Source: an uncultured virus (IMG/VR IMGVR_UViG_3300008261_000015)
Taxonomy: Duplodnaviria; Heunggongvirae; Uroviricota; Caudoviricetes
IMG/VR virus record: IMGVR_UViG_3300008261_000015
DNA length: 64,000 nt
Reading direction: 5' to 3' (one strand)
The notes under the pieces were generated by a model. The model ran no database searches. It had not been told where the DNA came from and worked only from the letters and a program-made list of their open reading frames with translations. Position numbers and translations under genes: made by a program. Below are positions 48,618 to 57,661 of this stretch, piece after piece; position 1 is the stretch's first letter, and the number at the start of each line of letters is the position of its first letter.

Positions 48618-48859
48618 TGAAAGAAACTGCAAAGTATTACAGCGAGAACCCTGAAGCAAAGAAGAAGAAGGGTGAGTACGACAAAAAGTACAACAAGGAG
48701 ACTGTTGAGGATCGCGTGGAAAGAAACCGTGCCAGACGAGAAGCAATGAAGAAAGGGAGAGTTAGAAAAGGTGACGGCATGGATGTGGATCACGTTGATG
48801 GCATCAAGTCTAAAAAAACTAGAGTAATGACCGCGTCAAAAAATAGAGCAAAGAAATGA
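48617..48859 (+). CDS. small basic HNH-like protein
   Basis: KGDGMDVDH...S.NRA. Confidence 0.55.
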   Translation: MKETAKYYSENPEAKKKKGEYDKKYNKETVEDRVERNRARREAMKKGRVRKGDGMDVDHVDGIKSKKTRVMTASKNRAKK

Positions 48860-49101
48860 ATCAATTCGAAAATCCTTTTGCAGGTAGCGCACTAAAAGTA
48901 TTGAGAGCAATCGATGAGTCGAAGCTTTCAACATGTGCCATGCAAGACAAAATTAAATCAACTCCAATAGAAGAAGAAAATGAGTTTTACACACTATTCA
49001 ACGACGGCACGCTTATCAAAAGAACAAGATCAAAGTTCCCAACAAGCGGATACCTCAAAGGAGAAAAAAGAATCTCATTCGTCGAGCATTACGGATTTTG
49101 A
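48856..49101 (+). CDS. hypothetical protein
   Basis: 81 aa, ATGA-coupled. Confidence 0.6.
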   Translation: MNQFENPFAGSALKVLRAIDESKLSTCAMQDKIKSTPIEEENEFYTLFNDGTLIKRTRSKFPTSGYLKGEKRISFVEHYGF

Positions 49102-49345
49102 GAGGTCTCTGGTAAGCGTTCTCAGGGATGTAGGTAAACTGCTATCTGAGAAGAATAGACTCTATGGTAACGCTTATTTCGAGCCTACAGGAGTCTTCTC
49201 AAAGTTAACTCCACTAGAGAGAATAGACGCAAGGATTGATGAGAAGCTGGCACGAATAAAGTCAGCACAGAACGATGATCAGGAGGACACTACGAACGAC
49301 TTAATTGGTTTACTAGTGATACGGAAGATCTGCTTAATGAAGTAA
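49091..49345 (+). CDS. DUF1599-like nucleotide-modification-associated helical protein (start uncertain, ACG proposed)
   Basis: LL..KN..YGN....P...RIDEKLARI...EDT..DLIG. Confidence 0.6.
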   Translation, partial: TDFERSLVSVLRDVGKLLSEKNRLYGNAYFEPTGVFSKLTPLERIDARIDEKLARIKSAQNDDQEDTTNDLIGLLVIRKICLMK

Positions 49346-49349
49346 GAAG

Positions 49350-49372
49350 AAGCCCAGAAAAACTGGGCTTTT
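49350..49372 (+). terminator. intrinsic terminator
   Basis: AAGCCCAG-AAAAA-CTGGGCTT-TT. Confidence 0.6.
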
Positions 49373-49409
49373 CTTATTATATTTGTGTGAACCTAAAACA
49401 AAAAAGAAA

Positions 49410-49700
49410 ATGGAGAAGTTTTTAAGTATCCCAGTAACGAACGAGCAGAATCAATTGCTATCTGCCACAGGTATCGTATTAATTGTACAAGCGTCAACAA
49501 CTACTGTTGCCGTACACTACAAGTCAAGCACAGGAACTGATGTTGTGACAATCACTCATGCGGCAGCTCCTTCTGGTAATGAGGCCCAGCGTGACGCTAT
49601 TCAGAATGCAGTTGTTGCTGCATTGGGAACATCATGGACAAAGGTAGCGTTCCAAGTTGAGAACCTACCTTATGCCGTGTCAGCTATTGCAATTGCTTAA
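49410..49700 (+). CDS. small beta-rich, probably structural protein
   Basis: ATG 49410, own promoter element and terminator. Confidence 0.6.
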   Translation: MEKFLSIPVTNEQNQLLSATGIVLIVQASTTTVAVHYKSSTGTDVVTITHAAAPSGNEAQRDAIQNAVVAALGTSWTKVAFQVENLPYAVSAIAIA

Positions 49701-49773
49701 GATTACCAACCTATTAAGAAAGCCATTCTTCGGGATGGCTTTTTTATTATCTTTGCGTTCAAACTACTAATCA

Positions 49774-49905
49774 ATGGCAGGTAAAAATAAAGCAGCTGCG
49801 GCTCAGGTAAAGATTTCATTCGGTAAACGAAGAACAGGTGTAGCAAAAAAAAGCTTCTCTAAGTATGAAGAGAAGCCAAAGAAGTATAGAGGTCAGGGTA
49901 GATAA
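49774..49905 (+). CDS. 43-aa basic protein ending KKYRGQGR
   Basis: MAGKNKAAAAQVKISFGKRRTGVAKKSFSKYEEKPKKYRGQGR after TATCTTTG; last + strand gene. Confidence 0.7.
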   Translation: MAGKNKAAAAQVKISFGKRRTGVAKKSFSKYEEKPKKYRGQGR

Positions 49906-50250
49906 TTACTTTTTATCTAACTTAATTTCACCATCTAAGTACGCCAATATAACTTCTGAAAGTTCAGAGAACTTCTCTGGATCTTCAATGGAAAACATTT
50001 GCTCAAACATATTAGTAACGGCAAAGAACCAATCTCTAGATGGACTTCCTTCAACGTAGGAGAACGACTTGCTAGATACTCTCTCGAAGTTAGCCTTTAG
50101 ATTTTTTAATTTATTTTCAAGCGATGGATCATAAACTCTAAGCATGTTAGACTTTGACAATTGATCTAGCATGAGTTCATTCAACGCTTCGAATCTCATG
50201 TAGCAAGTTACTTGATCTTTTAATTTCTGAGGCACTTCCATATTATTCAT
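49906..50250 (-). CDS. hypothetical protein
   Basis: 114 aa, last gene of the minus arm. Confidence 0.6.
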   Translation of the reverse strand: MNNMEVPQKLKDQVTCYMRFEALNELMLDQLSKSNMLRVYDPSLENKLKNLKANFERVSSKSFSYVEGSPSRDWFFAVTNMFEQMFSIEDPEKFSELSEVILAYLDGEIKLDKK

Positions 50251-50322
50251 TGTTTTTTATTTGCTCTATTTCAATTATTGCTCTACCAACAAATATAGAC
50301 ATTGCTATAATAAGTAGAGATA

Positions 50323-50517
50323 TTAAGATTGAGTAGTCCATATTTTAAATAATTCTTTATCTTCTGCTTTATTTATAGTAAACCTCTTTCCATATTTTTT
50401 ATACGCATATTCAAAAGCATTGCTATACGTACCATAGAATTTATCATTGTAGTCAAAATCATCAATTTCTTTATTCCATTCAATAAAGTCGTCTGCATAT
50501 ATTACGTACCATTCCAT
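50323..50517 (-). CDS. hypothetical protein
   Basis: ATG 50517. Confidence 0.5.
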   Translation of the reverse strand: MEWYVIYADDFIEWNKEIDDFDYNDKFYGTYSNAFEYAYKKYGKRFTINKAEDKELFKIWTTQS

Positions 50518-50571
50518 ATTTGATTTTTGTAAGAGTTGTCCTCGCTTTTCGGACAAATTCCGAATTAGTGC

Positions 50572-50733
50572 TTATTTATTTGCATGAATTTTTACTAAGT
50601 ATTCATTCACTATATCCTTAATCATAACCTCTTTATCCTGACTATTCACATAGCAAAATAGACCGTCAATAGTTGCAGTGCTGTAGTGCTTGATTAACCA
50701 GTTTAGAAATAGTCCATAATCATTCGCCTTCAT
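50572..50733 (-). CDS. hypothetical protein
   Basis: MKANDYG start, overlap-coupled. Confidence 0.5.
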   Translation of the reverse strand: MKANDYGLFLNWLIKHYSTATIDGLFCYVNSQDKEVMIKDIVNEYLVKIHANK

Positions 50734-50959
50734 AAACTTCTTTGTAGTATTCTTCAAACGCAACGTGAGAATCAAAAGGCGTATAGTAATGAGTGTCTGT
50801 AAAAGCATCCTTCATCTGCTCCTTCTCCATTTCTTTTGCTGGGTAAAAAAGATTATGTTTCATTATAAGAAAATCTGTAGGAGAAATTTGTTTTGCTTCA
50901 TACTTTTCAAATAAAGAATTAACTTCTTTTTCATACCAATCTACTGCTGTCTGTTTCAT
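50720..50959 (-). CDS. MKQTAV-family protein, paralog 2
   Basis: MKQTAVD...AKEMEKEQ...YY.E.Y. Confidence 0.7.
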   Translation of the reverse strand: MKQTAVDWYEKEVNSLFEKYEAKQISPTDFLIMKHNLFYPAKEMEKEQMKDAFTDTHYYTPFDSHVAFEEYYKEVYEGE

Positions 50960-51156
50960 AGTTCTTCGTATGTTTCTTGATAGTATGTTTCTGAATTTAC
51001 GTATTTCTTATTATCATATTTACCCTCGATGAAAGCCGTTCTTATCTGCTCTTGTTCCATTTCTTTGGCTTCATTTAAAATGCTATTCCAAACAAACTTA
51101 TCCTTTGGTGCTTCCCATAGTTTAGTAAATAACAAATCAACCGCTGTCTGTTTCAT
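50956..51156 (-). CDS. MKQTAV-family protein, paralog 1
   Basis: MKQTAVD...AKEMEQEQ...YY.E.Y. Confidence 0.7.
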   Translation of the reverse strand: MKQTAVDLLFTKLWEAPKDKFVWNSILNEAKEMEQEQIRTAFIEGKYDNKKYVNSETYYQETYEEL

Positions 51157-51344
51157 TTGACTATCTCTTTTAGCTGATTCCAAATATTAATTTGGTTCTC
51201 TCCCCAGTACATGTCACACTTACCATCCTTGATTGGTGGACTCATAAAGTAGGATTGCCTATACTCATTGGGAGTTGCCGTGAACCTATAGCAGGATTCT
51301 TTGTGGGGACAATCTGTCCCTACGCACATTGTGATATCAGCCAT
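51153..51344 (-). CDS. small Cys-rich protein
   Basis: DITMC.G..CP....CYRF...C. Confidence 0.7.
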   Translation of the reverse strand: MADITMCVGTDCPHKESCYRFTATPNEYRQSYFMSPPIKDGKCDMYWGENQINIWNQLKEIVK

Positions 51345-51473
51345 GATTTTTTATAATGTTAAACATGTTTTACAAAAACTGCCAAATTGTAAAATATATT
51401 TTACTTTTGGCAACTTATCTAATAAAGTGCCGAAATATAGTGGTCGCAATTTTCGATCGCAAATTATGGCAAA

Positions 51474-51602
51474 TTATTCAAATAAGTCTTCCCCGTTGTA
51501 GTCAGGATAGTTTTTATGCATTTTATCAATGCCTCTGACCCAAAGAAATGAAATGACTGAGGAGATAATTAAGATAACTCCAATTACTATTAAATTTCTC
51601 AT
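51474..51602 (-). CDS. 42-aa single-TM protein
   Basis: MRNLIVIGVILIISSVISFLWVRGIDKM..YPDY.GEDLF. Confidence 0.6.
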   Translation of the reverse strand: MRNLIVIGVILIISSVISFLWVRGIDKMHKNYPDYNGEDLFE

Positions 51603-51619
51603 ATATGTTTATGTTTATG

Positions 51620-51691
51620 AGCTCCCTCGAGGAATCGAACCCCGTTATTCTGAGTACAAATCAGACGCATCACCATTTATGCTTAGGGAGC
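51620..51691 (-). tRNA. tRNA-Thr(UGU)
   Basis: acceptor GCTCCCT/AGGGAGC, D-stem GCAT/ATGC, anticodon arm TCTGA-TTTGTAC-TCAGA, T-loop GGTTCGATTCC; A at position 8; CCA not encoded. Confidence 0.88.
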
Positions 51692-51785
51692 AGTGCTCGT
51701 CTTTCCGAGCCGTCAACATTTTAACACAAAAGCCACTGGAAAGCACTGGCGACTTAGTTTAACATAACCCAAAATGAAAACTTCA

Positions 51786-51947
51786 CTACTCATCATCAAA
51801 ATCTGTAATAATATCTCTAAGGAGTCGTATAGCATGTTTGCACTTCTTAATGGACTCCTCTTTATCGTGATCCATCATGAGTTCATACAACTCATCTATG
51901 CAATTGTGAAGTTCTTCAATACAGAAGATAATGTACGACTCTCTCAT
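51786..51947 (-). CDS. 53-aa hypothetical protein
   Basis: ATGA-coupled to the upstream gene. Confidence 0.55.
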   Translation of the reverse strand: MRESYIIFCIEELHNCIDELYELMMDHDKEESIKKCKHAIRLLRDIITDFDDE

Positions 51948-52246
51948 GATATTTTTATATTATTTTCAAAATCTGAAAACTTTAACCCCCACACTAAAGC
52001 AACCATACCCATCTCTCTTTCAGCTCCAAATTTAGACATTCCGAGGTTTTTAATTAAATATTTTTCACCCCATTCTTTCCACCTTTCATTCTGATCCATC
52101 GTAATTGTCCAATCAGTATACCAATCGTCTCTCCTGTCTTTAATATCATCATGTGTAACTGAATGACCAGCAATCTCAAACATCTTATTGATTAAATCAA
52201 TAATTGCTTTTTCTTTCTTTTCTTTAACGGTTAACCTTTTCCCCAT
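51944..52246 (-). CDS. hypothetical protein
   Basis: Trp-rich; ATG 52246. Confidence 0.6.
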   Translation of the reverse strand: MGKRLTVKEKKEKAIIDLINKMFEIAGHSVTHDDIKDRRDDWYTDWTITMDQNERWKEWGEKYLIKNLGMSKFGAEREMGMVALVWGLKFSDFENNIKIS

Positions 52247-52478
52247 CGAAAACTTCGGCCTTACAGCCATGATCTTTTAGTTCCTTTATCCTATAATCTT
52301 GTAACACGGATGGCTTCTTACCAGGAACCTTGACTTCGTAGAACTCTACTGGACAACCTGGTGGTATGGCAACAACGTCAGGGATACCATTTTTGTTGGT
52401 CTTGATCAACTTGATTACGTAGTAACCCTGACTTTCTAGACTCTTTATGAGTTTAGATTGTATTGCCTGCTCTCTCAT
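52224..52478 (-). CDS. VRR-NUC nuclease (resolvase-like)
   Basis: E..IQ..L, GIPD, EVK..G...S..Q. Confidence 0.85.
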   Translation of the reverse strand: MREQAIQSKLIKSLESQGYYVIKLIKTNKNGIPDVVAIPPGCPVEFYEVKVPGKKPSVLQDYRIKELKDHGCKAEVFDGEKVNR

Positions 52479-52660
52479 ATTTCTCGAAATATAGAACTAT
52501 TCGGTAAAAAGAGAAACTAATGTTGAGAAAATTATCAGAAAATTAACGCAGAAACACAAATAAACTATATATTTCATACTTTTTCTCCTGAATTCAAGTT
52601 CTAAAGTCACTTCATACAAGAAATAGTAGAAGAAAATTTGACTAAGTGCTATGATTAAAA

Positions 52661-53884
52661 TCATAAGAAATCTTTTTTAAAGTGTGACAACGTGTAATCT
52701 TTTTTCTTAGAGACAGCGTCATAAATTCTTTTCTCAATACCAACGTCAGAGAATACCCAGTACACACTACTACTCAATCGATCTATAGTAGTCATCCTGT
52801 CTCTGCTCTGCCAATAACTTGTGGCTGAGAAGTCGATGTTGAAATATACTAACGCTTCAGCATTTCTCAAAGAAATTCCCTCTCTACCAGATACAATTTG
52901 CAACGCAATGTTCTTATCTGTTGAATTAAACTCATCTAACTCAGTGGTCAATCTATCTTTGTAAACTGACTTGAGTAGATCCAACTCAGACTTGAACTTG
53001 TAAAAGATCCCAATCTTGGTACCCTTGAAGAAGTCAAAAATGAAGTCAGCCTTCGAGAAGTCAGTGATCAAGTAAGCGCCATCTTCCGTCTTCACTGATC
53101 CAGACGCAATCTGATGGATCTTAGTCATGAGTTTAACCGACGTGTCTCCAAGAACCACGTTGCCCTTCCCAAAATCCAAAACAAGATCTTTCTTTAACTT
53201 CTTCACTATCATGTGTGTCTCGTCAGACATCTTACAACTCAAGACAATCTCTGTCGTATTTACGACAAACCCTGCCTCCTTCTGAGTGTAATTAATCATG
53301 AAGGGTTTCATCTTATCTAGGATCTCATTCTTACCGTCAGAGTAATCGTTGACAGAGAAGCCGTTGATGATCTTAGAACTTACACGAACGTAGTCCTTAG
53401 CGAACTGGTAGAAGTTCTTGTAACTCCTAAACGGGTTTCCTTTTATCCCAAATACTTGATGATAGATCTGGGAGTAAGATTCTGGAGTAGGAGTACCGCT
53501 AAGAAGTATAACCTTTGAAGCCTTAGCAACGAGATCCTTAGAGAGTTTCGCTCTTCCACTTGGTTTAGGGAATGCTCCAAGACCATGAGCCTCGTCAAGT
53601 ATAAGAACATCAAACCACTGGAACTCCCTCTTGTGTGCACTTTCATAATTAATTACCTCGATTAAATAGTCTGGAGATAAAGCCTCGTAGTCCTTTTGTA
53701 CCGAAGAGATTGCTTTCTTCTTTGTCAAAAACAGAACCCTTTTCGGATTCAGCCTCTGACAGATACCAAGGCTCGTTAGAGTCTTCCCAGTACGAACTTC
53801 CATTGCTAGGTAGACAAATGTCTCCGTAGATAAGATGTTCATCGACTGATCGATTATCTCTTGTTGATAGTCTCTGAATTTCAT
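52661..53884 (-). CDS. SF2 (SNF2/DEAH-like) helicase
   Basis: RDYQ, TGKT, DEAH, SGTP, EGISL, Q..DR. Confidence 0.9.
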   Translation of the reverse strand: MKFRDYQQEIIDQSMNILSTETFVYLAMEVRTGKTLTSLGICQRLNPKRVLFLTKKKAISSVQKDYEALSPDYLIEVINYESAHKREFQWFDVLILDEAHGLGAFPKPSGRAKLSKDLVAKASKVILLSGTPTPESYSQIYHQVFGIKGNPFRSYKNFYQFAKDYVRVSSKIINGFSVNDYSDGKNEILDKMKPFMINYTQKEAGFVVNTTEIVLSCKMSDETHMIVKKLKKDLVLDFGKGNVVLGDTSVKLMTKIHQIASGSVKTEDGAYLITDFSKADFIFDFFKGTKIGIFYKFKSELDLLKSVYKDRLTTELDEFNSTDKNIALQIVSGREGISLRNAEALVYFNIDFSATSYWQSRDRMTTIDRLSSSVYWVFSDVGIEKRIYDAVSKKKDYTLSHFKKDFL

Positions 53885-54101
53885 TTTTGATTTTATTTAG
53901 TCGTGAACAGCACTCGTATTCTTCGATCGACTCCAGCACACGTATGAGCCTGTCCAGATCCTCCGTGGAGGGATCTGAATCAGGATCATGTGCAAATGGA
54001 ATCACGCTGTTTGGTTTATACACCATTAAATCATATAGACTCATAATTTTAGTAATAACTTTATATGAGTTCCAGACGGCTTCAGTTTCAAAATTTGTCA
54101 T
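53649..54101 (-). CDS. hypothetical protein with UVR-like helix pair; C-terminal half overlaps helicase
   Basis: L..LE..EEYE.C..L; coupled to primase gene. Confidence 0.5.
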   Translation of the reverse strand: MTNFETEAVWNSYKVITKIMSLYDLMVYKPNSVIPFAHDPDSDPSTEDLDRLIRVLESIEEYECCSRLNKIKNEIQRLSTRDNRSVDEHLIYGDICLPSNGSSYWEDSNEPWYLSEAESEKGSVFDKEESNLFGTKGLRGFISRLFNRGN

Positions 54102-56518
54102 AGTTCAAGTGTTTCTTGCTCATAAATTACAGACTTTTTTCTTAATCTAAACCATCTACCTCTAGTATCACGTCCTTCCTCTGGCGCCAGTCCTTCCTTG
54201 AAGTTAGCGTAAGCAACCAACCAGCGGTTGAATTCGATCCTAGATACCGCCCTCTTAGACCTTGGAGCAAAGTCAGAGTAGTCACCAACGAAGTCATCAA
54301 ACAAGTCTGTCTTGTAGATCTTCTCCATGTTCATGAATCTAGTAAAAAGGTTAGAAGGGTTGTTATCGTTGATAAGCCCGCAGTACTCAACAAACTCGTG
54401 ACAAGTCTCAGCAGAAAGCTGACGTATCTTAAGATTAACAAACTTACTTCTAACCATACCATTTTCCATGTAGAACTGCAAACACTTAATCATGAACATA
54501 TCGAACTGGCACCACTCATCATCATCCCAGTCTGAAAAGAACATTCGACCAAACTCTTGGAAAGGAGTAAAGTCTTCTCTGTAGTGATTATGAAACTCTA
54601 ACTCCCACTTACGTCTGGAGAATGAGTTACCTTTACCCTTAATCGCGTAGTTCGTAGTGATTGCAATCTTTGGAGAGTTTTCATAAGGAATCTTGATAGC
54701 ATCCTTATTTTTCTTTTCTAGGGTAATACCCTCTGTAATATCTGAGAACAAAGACTCAAAGTCAAACCCCTTCTTGACGTCATCAAAGCATAGTATCTGG
54801 GTATCAGCAGACACGAGTTGATATGGGAAAGACTGAGTAAAACTAAACTGCTTACCATTAATAGTTACAACCTTCTTGATCTTTGATATAGCCTTCATGT
54901 ACAAACCCTTACCAGTACCACCCTCTGGGTTGTCGCTGATCAACTCATCGTTAAGGATCACAGCCATAGACTTGGATAAGTCCTTGTACTGGTGGAGGAG
55001 ATAACCTGTTGTAGACCTTAAAGACTTGAACCTGTCATCATCCTTAGCACAGATGTTGTACATAAACTTCTCGAAGTCACATCCTGTGTACTCGCAGTCA
55101 AGGTACATACGATCAATCACGTGATCCTTCCAAACGTAACCAGCAAGGTCGATGTAGTCGATGGCATCAACAGAATCCTTAGTTACCTTGACAGCGCAGT
55201 TCTTGTAGTAGATGTATGCCTCACTCGAAGTATCCTTAATGAATAGAACATCTACTGGAGACAGCAAGGTAAGGAAGTCCTCACTAAAGAACTTGGTCTT
55301 CTCAGCAAAGAAGTTATATACTGATTTGTTGTTTGACTTAAGCAAGTAATCCAATACAAAATCCTTGATCTCATCATCACTACTATTGCTTATCAAGTTG
55401 TTTACAACGCGCACGAATATGTGCTGAGTAGAACCAGAAGGGTAGTACTTAAAGAATCCATTGTCTTCAAGAAAGTTCTTGAACATGATTGGGATGATCT
55501 TTATTTGACCACTCTTAGGGTTTTCACTCCAGAAAAGTTCTGGCTTCTCTTCCTCCTCGATTTTTGAGATTATATCCTCAGCGTCCGCTCCAATCAGGCC
55601 GAAGGACTCCACCTGAAGGAGCAATTCTTTTTTTGAATCACCTCTCCTAATACCATCTCTAACTAGATCAATACGTTCTCTATCCTCATAGAACTTAGTT
55701 CTAAACTTGTCCTTATTTCTATCGTAAGCGTTGTCTATGGTCTGATATATTTCCTTGAGAGTAAACCCTTCCTCGGCGTACTGGCTGAGCACAGATGATG
55801 CGAACGACTTAGGCACACCAAACTCATTGAATGCCATGGCAAGAGTGAACGCGGAGTTGTTTCTGTTACCCTCGTTCATTGGAAAGTTCTTCGTCCACCA
55901 CTTGATAAGGATCTCTGCCACTTTGTTTTCATCAGTAATTGGAATGGTCGGAATTCCATCCCTTACCTCTGTGTAGTCATCTTCTAGTGTATCCTCCCAC
56001 ACAGAAGAATTCTCATTGATATATATCGTAGGATCGTAAGACTCGTAGCATACACGAGACACGTTCTTAGAAGTTGTATCGAAGTGTGAGTTGTTGAAGA
56101 ACTTACCAAGCGCGTTAAAATAATTCTTATGCTTAGACGCATCAGCTGGTATCTTAACTAAAACCTTGAGCCCGTTGCCAGATGGTGAAACGAATACAGA
56201 GTACACGTACTTTGACTTACAGAAAAACTCCCTGTCATCGTACATATCTGTACGCTTCTTATACTTGTCAAAATCTAAACATATTAAACCGCTATGCTCT
56301 ACAAGAGAATCGTCATTCCTCTTATTGAACTTACCAGAGAAGCAAATTGCAGGAAGTTTTAACTTCAATTCATATTGCTCTTGCTGAGTGTCGCACTCTC
56401 TGATTTCTTTGATCAGATTCTTTGACGCTCCAGACCTAATCCTCTCTAGCACATAAGTGACGTCTCTATAGAAAGGTTGGTCAGTATTTTTCACGTGTGA
56501 AAAAACTGTAACTTGCAT
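54098..56518 (-). CDS. primase-helicase (BT4734/VirE-N AEP, PriCT, SF3-like helicase)
   Basis: KLP...FSG.F..R...HSGLICLDFD, SPSGNGLK, D....NVSR.CY.SYD, GNRN, EGGTGKG, FDD, ITTN. Confidence 0.88.
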   Translation of the reverse strand: MQVTVFSHVKNTDQPFYRDVTYVLERIRSGASKNLIKEIRECDTQQEQYELKLKLPAICFSGKFNKRNDDSLVEHSGLICLDFDKYKKRTDMYDDREFFCKSKYVYSVFVSPSGNGLKVLVKIPADASKHKNYFNALGKFFNNSHFDTTSKNVSRVCYESYDPTIYINENSSVWEDTLEDDYTEVRDGIPTIPITDENKVAEILIKWWTKNFPMNEGNRNNSAFTLAMAFNEFGVPKSFASSVLSQYAEEGFTLKEIYQTIDNAYDRNKDKFRTKFYEDRERIDLVRDGIRRGDSKKELLLQVESFGLIGADAEDIISKIEEEEKPELFWSENPKSGQIKIIPIMFKNFLEDNGFFKYYPSGSTQHIFVRVVNNLISNSSDDEIKDFVLDYLLKSNNKSVYNFFAEKTKFFSEDFLTLLSPVDVLFIKDTSSEAYIYYKNCAVKVTKDSVDAIDYIDLAGYVWKDHVIDRMYLDCEYTGCDFEKFMYNICAKDDDRFKSLRSTTGYLLHQYKDLSKSMAVILNDELISDNPEGGTGKGLYMKAISKIKKVVTINGKQFSFTQSFPYQLVSADTQILCFDDVKKGFDFESLFSDITEGITLEKKNKDAIKIPYENSPKIAITTNYAIKGKGNSFSRRKWELEFHNHYREDFTPFQEFGRMFFSDWDDDEWCQFDMFMIKCLQFYMENGMVRSKFVNLKIRQLSAETCHEFVEYCGLINDNNPSNLFTRFMNMEKIYKTDLFDDFVGDYSDFAPRSKRAVSRIEFNRWLVAYANFKEGLAPEEGRDTRGRWFRLRKKSVIYEQETLEL

Positions 56519-56699
56519 GACAACTTTTTTTGATGTAAATGATTGATTTTCAGGGTAATGACAGAAATGCTCACTTTTTTTTCCTAATAAAAAAAAATAA
56601 AAAAAAGATCAATAAATAAAATCAAAAATAAATGGAGGGCAAATTCTTGTCATTCTTGTCATTTGCCCATCCATTCATTTAAACTTAACTAACTGACTA

Positions 56700-56936
56700 T
56701 CAGAAGTCTACTGAATCATCCTTTGATTTACTACCAAAGTCGTTGAACTCAAAGTAGAATCTTCCATCCTTAGTTTGTTTCAGGTCGAAGTTCACCCAAC
56801 CCTTTTGGTTTTTCTTTTGATCTGCCCACTTTGAGAATGGCTCAACCTCAAGTGATAGGGTTGATAGTATCCAATCTGGTGCTTTTGGATTTTTTTCGAA
56901 TCTAAATCCATCTGGTTTTTTTGGTTTTTCACTCAT
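56700..56936 (-). CDS. small SSB-like protein
   Basis: aromatic/basic core with acidic DDSVDF tail, next to recombination genes. Confidence 0.5.
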   Translation of the reverse strand: MSEKPKKPDGFRFEKNPKAPDWILSTLSLEVEPFSKWADQKKNQKGWVNFDLKQTKDGRFYFEFNDFGSKSKDDSVDF

Positions 56937-57661
56937 AACGTTTGATTTAAATAAAATTTATTGGGGTTTAAAGATTTATTTTCTCCAAAGAACAACTCGT
57001 AGTTCTCACAGGCAGACTTTACTTTGTAGTATCCTCTCTCCAGAAACTCGTCTGAACAATTGAAGACTGCCAAATTACAGGTTTCTTTTTCAACTACAAA
57101 AAACTTTAGTTTTCTTCCGAATATTTCTTGGTAGATGTACGCTTGGCTATCGTAGTTGTACTTGTTTGCTGACCACTTGAAGTCCTTGATTGAACTGGTG
57201 GTCTTTAGATCGATCACGAAGTTGTCAGACACGATGTCTGCCTTACCCTTCCATGGCAATCCGAAGATCGTGGTGGTACCTGCTGACTCATACTCGTTAC
57301 CAAATTGGTAGATCTCGTTATAGAAATCATCATTAGTCTTCATGGTTTCAACCATGTCCTTTACTTGATCAGCCTCAGACTGCAATAGGGCTATCTCTAG
57401 GCCACGTTCTTCAACGAACTCCTTGTACACCTTGGTAGTTCTAGTGGACGCGTCTATCACCATTGAATTGAACTCCTCGACTCTGTCTGGTTCAATCATT
57501 AGCGCGTGGAACAAAGACCCAGCAAGCATGTCCTTGGTGGTCTCCTTGTCTTGCTTGAACGCCTTCGGGTTGTAAAGTAAGGCATCGATGTCTGAGTTGG
57601 AAAGGTAAGCCTTGCCTACCTCTCCGTAATAGATCTTAGGATCGTTGAGATTTGAACTCAT
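56933..57661 (-). CDS. PD-(D/E)xK exonuclease VIII / RecE-like
   Basis: LSNS, GS.FH....EP, KGKAD, DLKTT, Y..QA..Y. Confidence 0.85.
   Translation of the reverse strand: MSSNLNDPKIYYGEVGKAYLSNSDIDALLYNPKAFKQDKETTKDMLAGSLFHALMIEPDRVEEFNSMVIDASTRTTKVYKEFVEERGLEIALLQSEADQVKDMVETMKTNDDFYNEIYQFGNEYESAGTTTIFGLPWKGKADIVSDNFVIDLKTTSSIKDFKWSANKYNYDSQAYIYQEIFGRKLKFFVVEKETCNLAVFNCSDEFLERGYYKVKSACENYELFFGENKSLNPNKFYLNQTL

Noticed and set aside
51560..51620. theta/HDV-like ribozyme 3' of the tRNA
   Set aside because: Downstream sequence is a short unstructured A-rich leader
51301..52094. plus-strand ORFs around the tRNA
   Set aside because: They overlap the tRNA and better minus-strand ORFs
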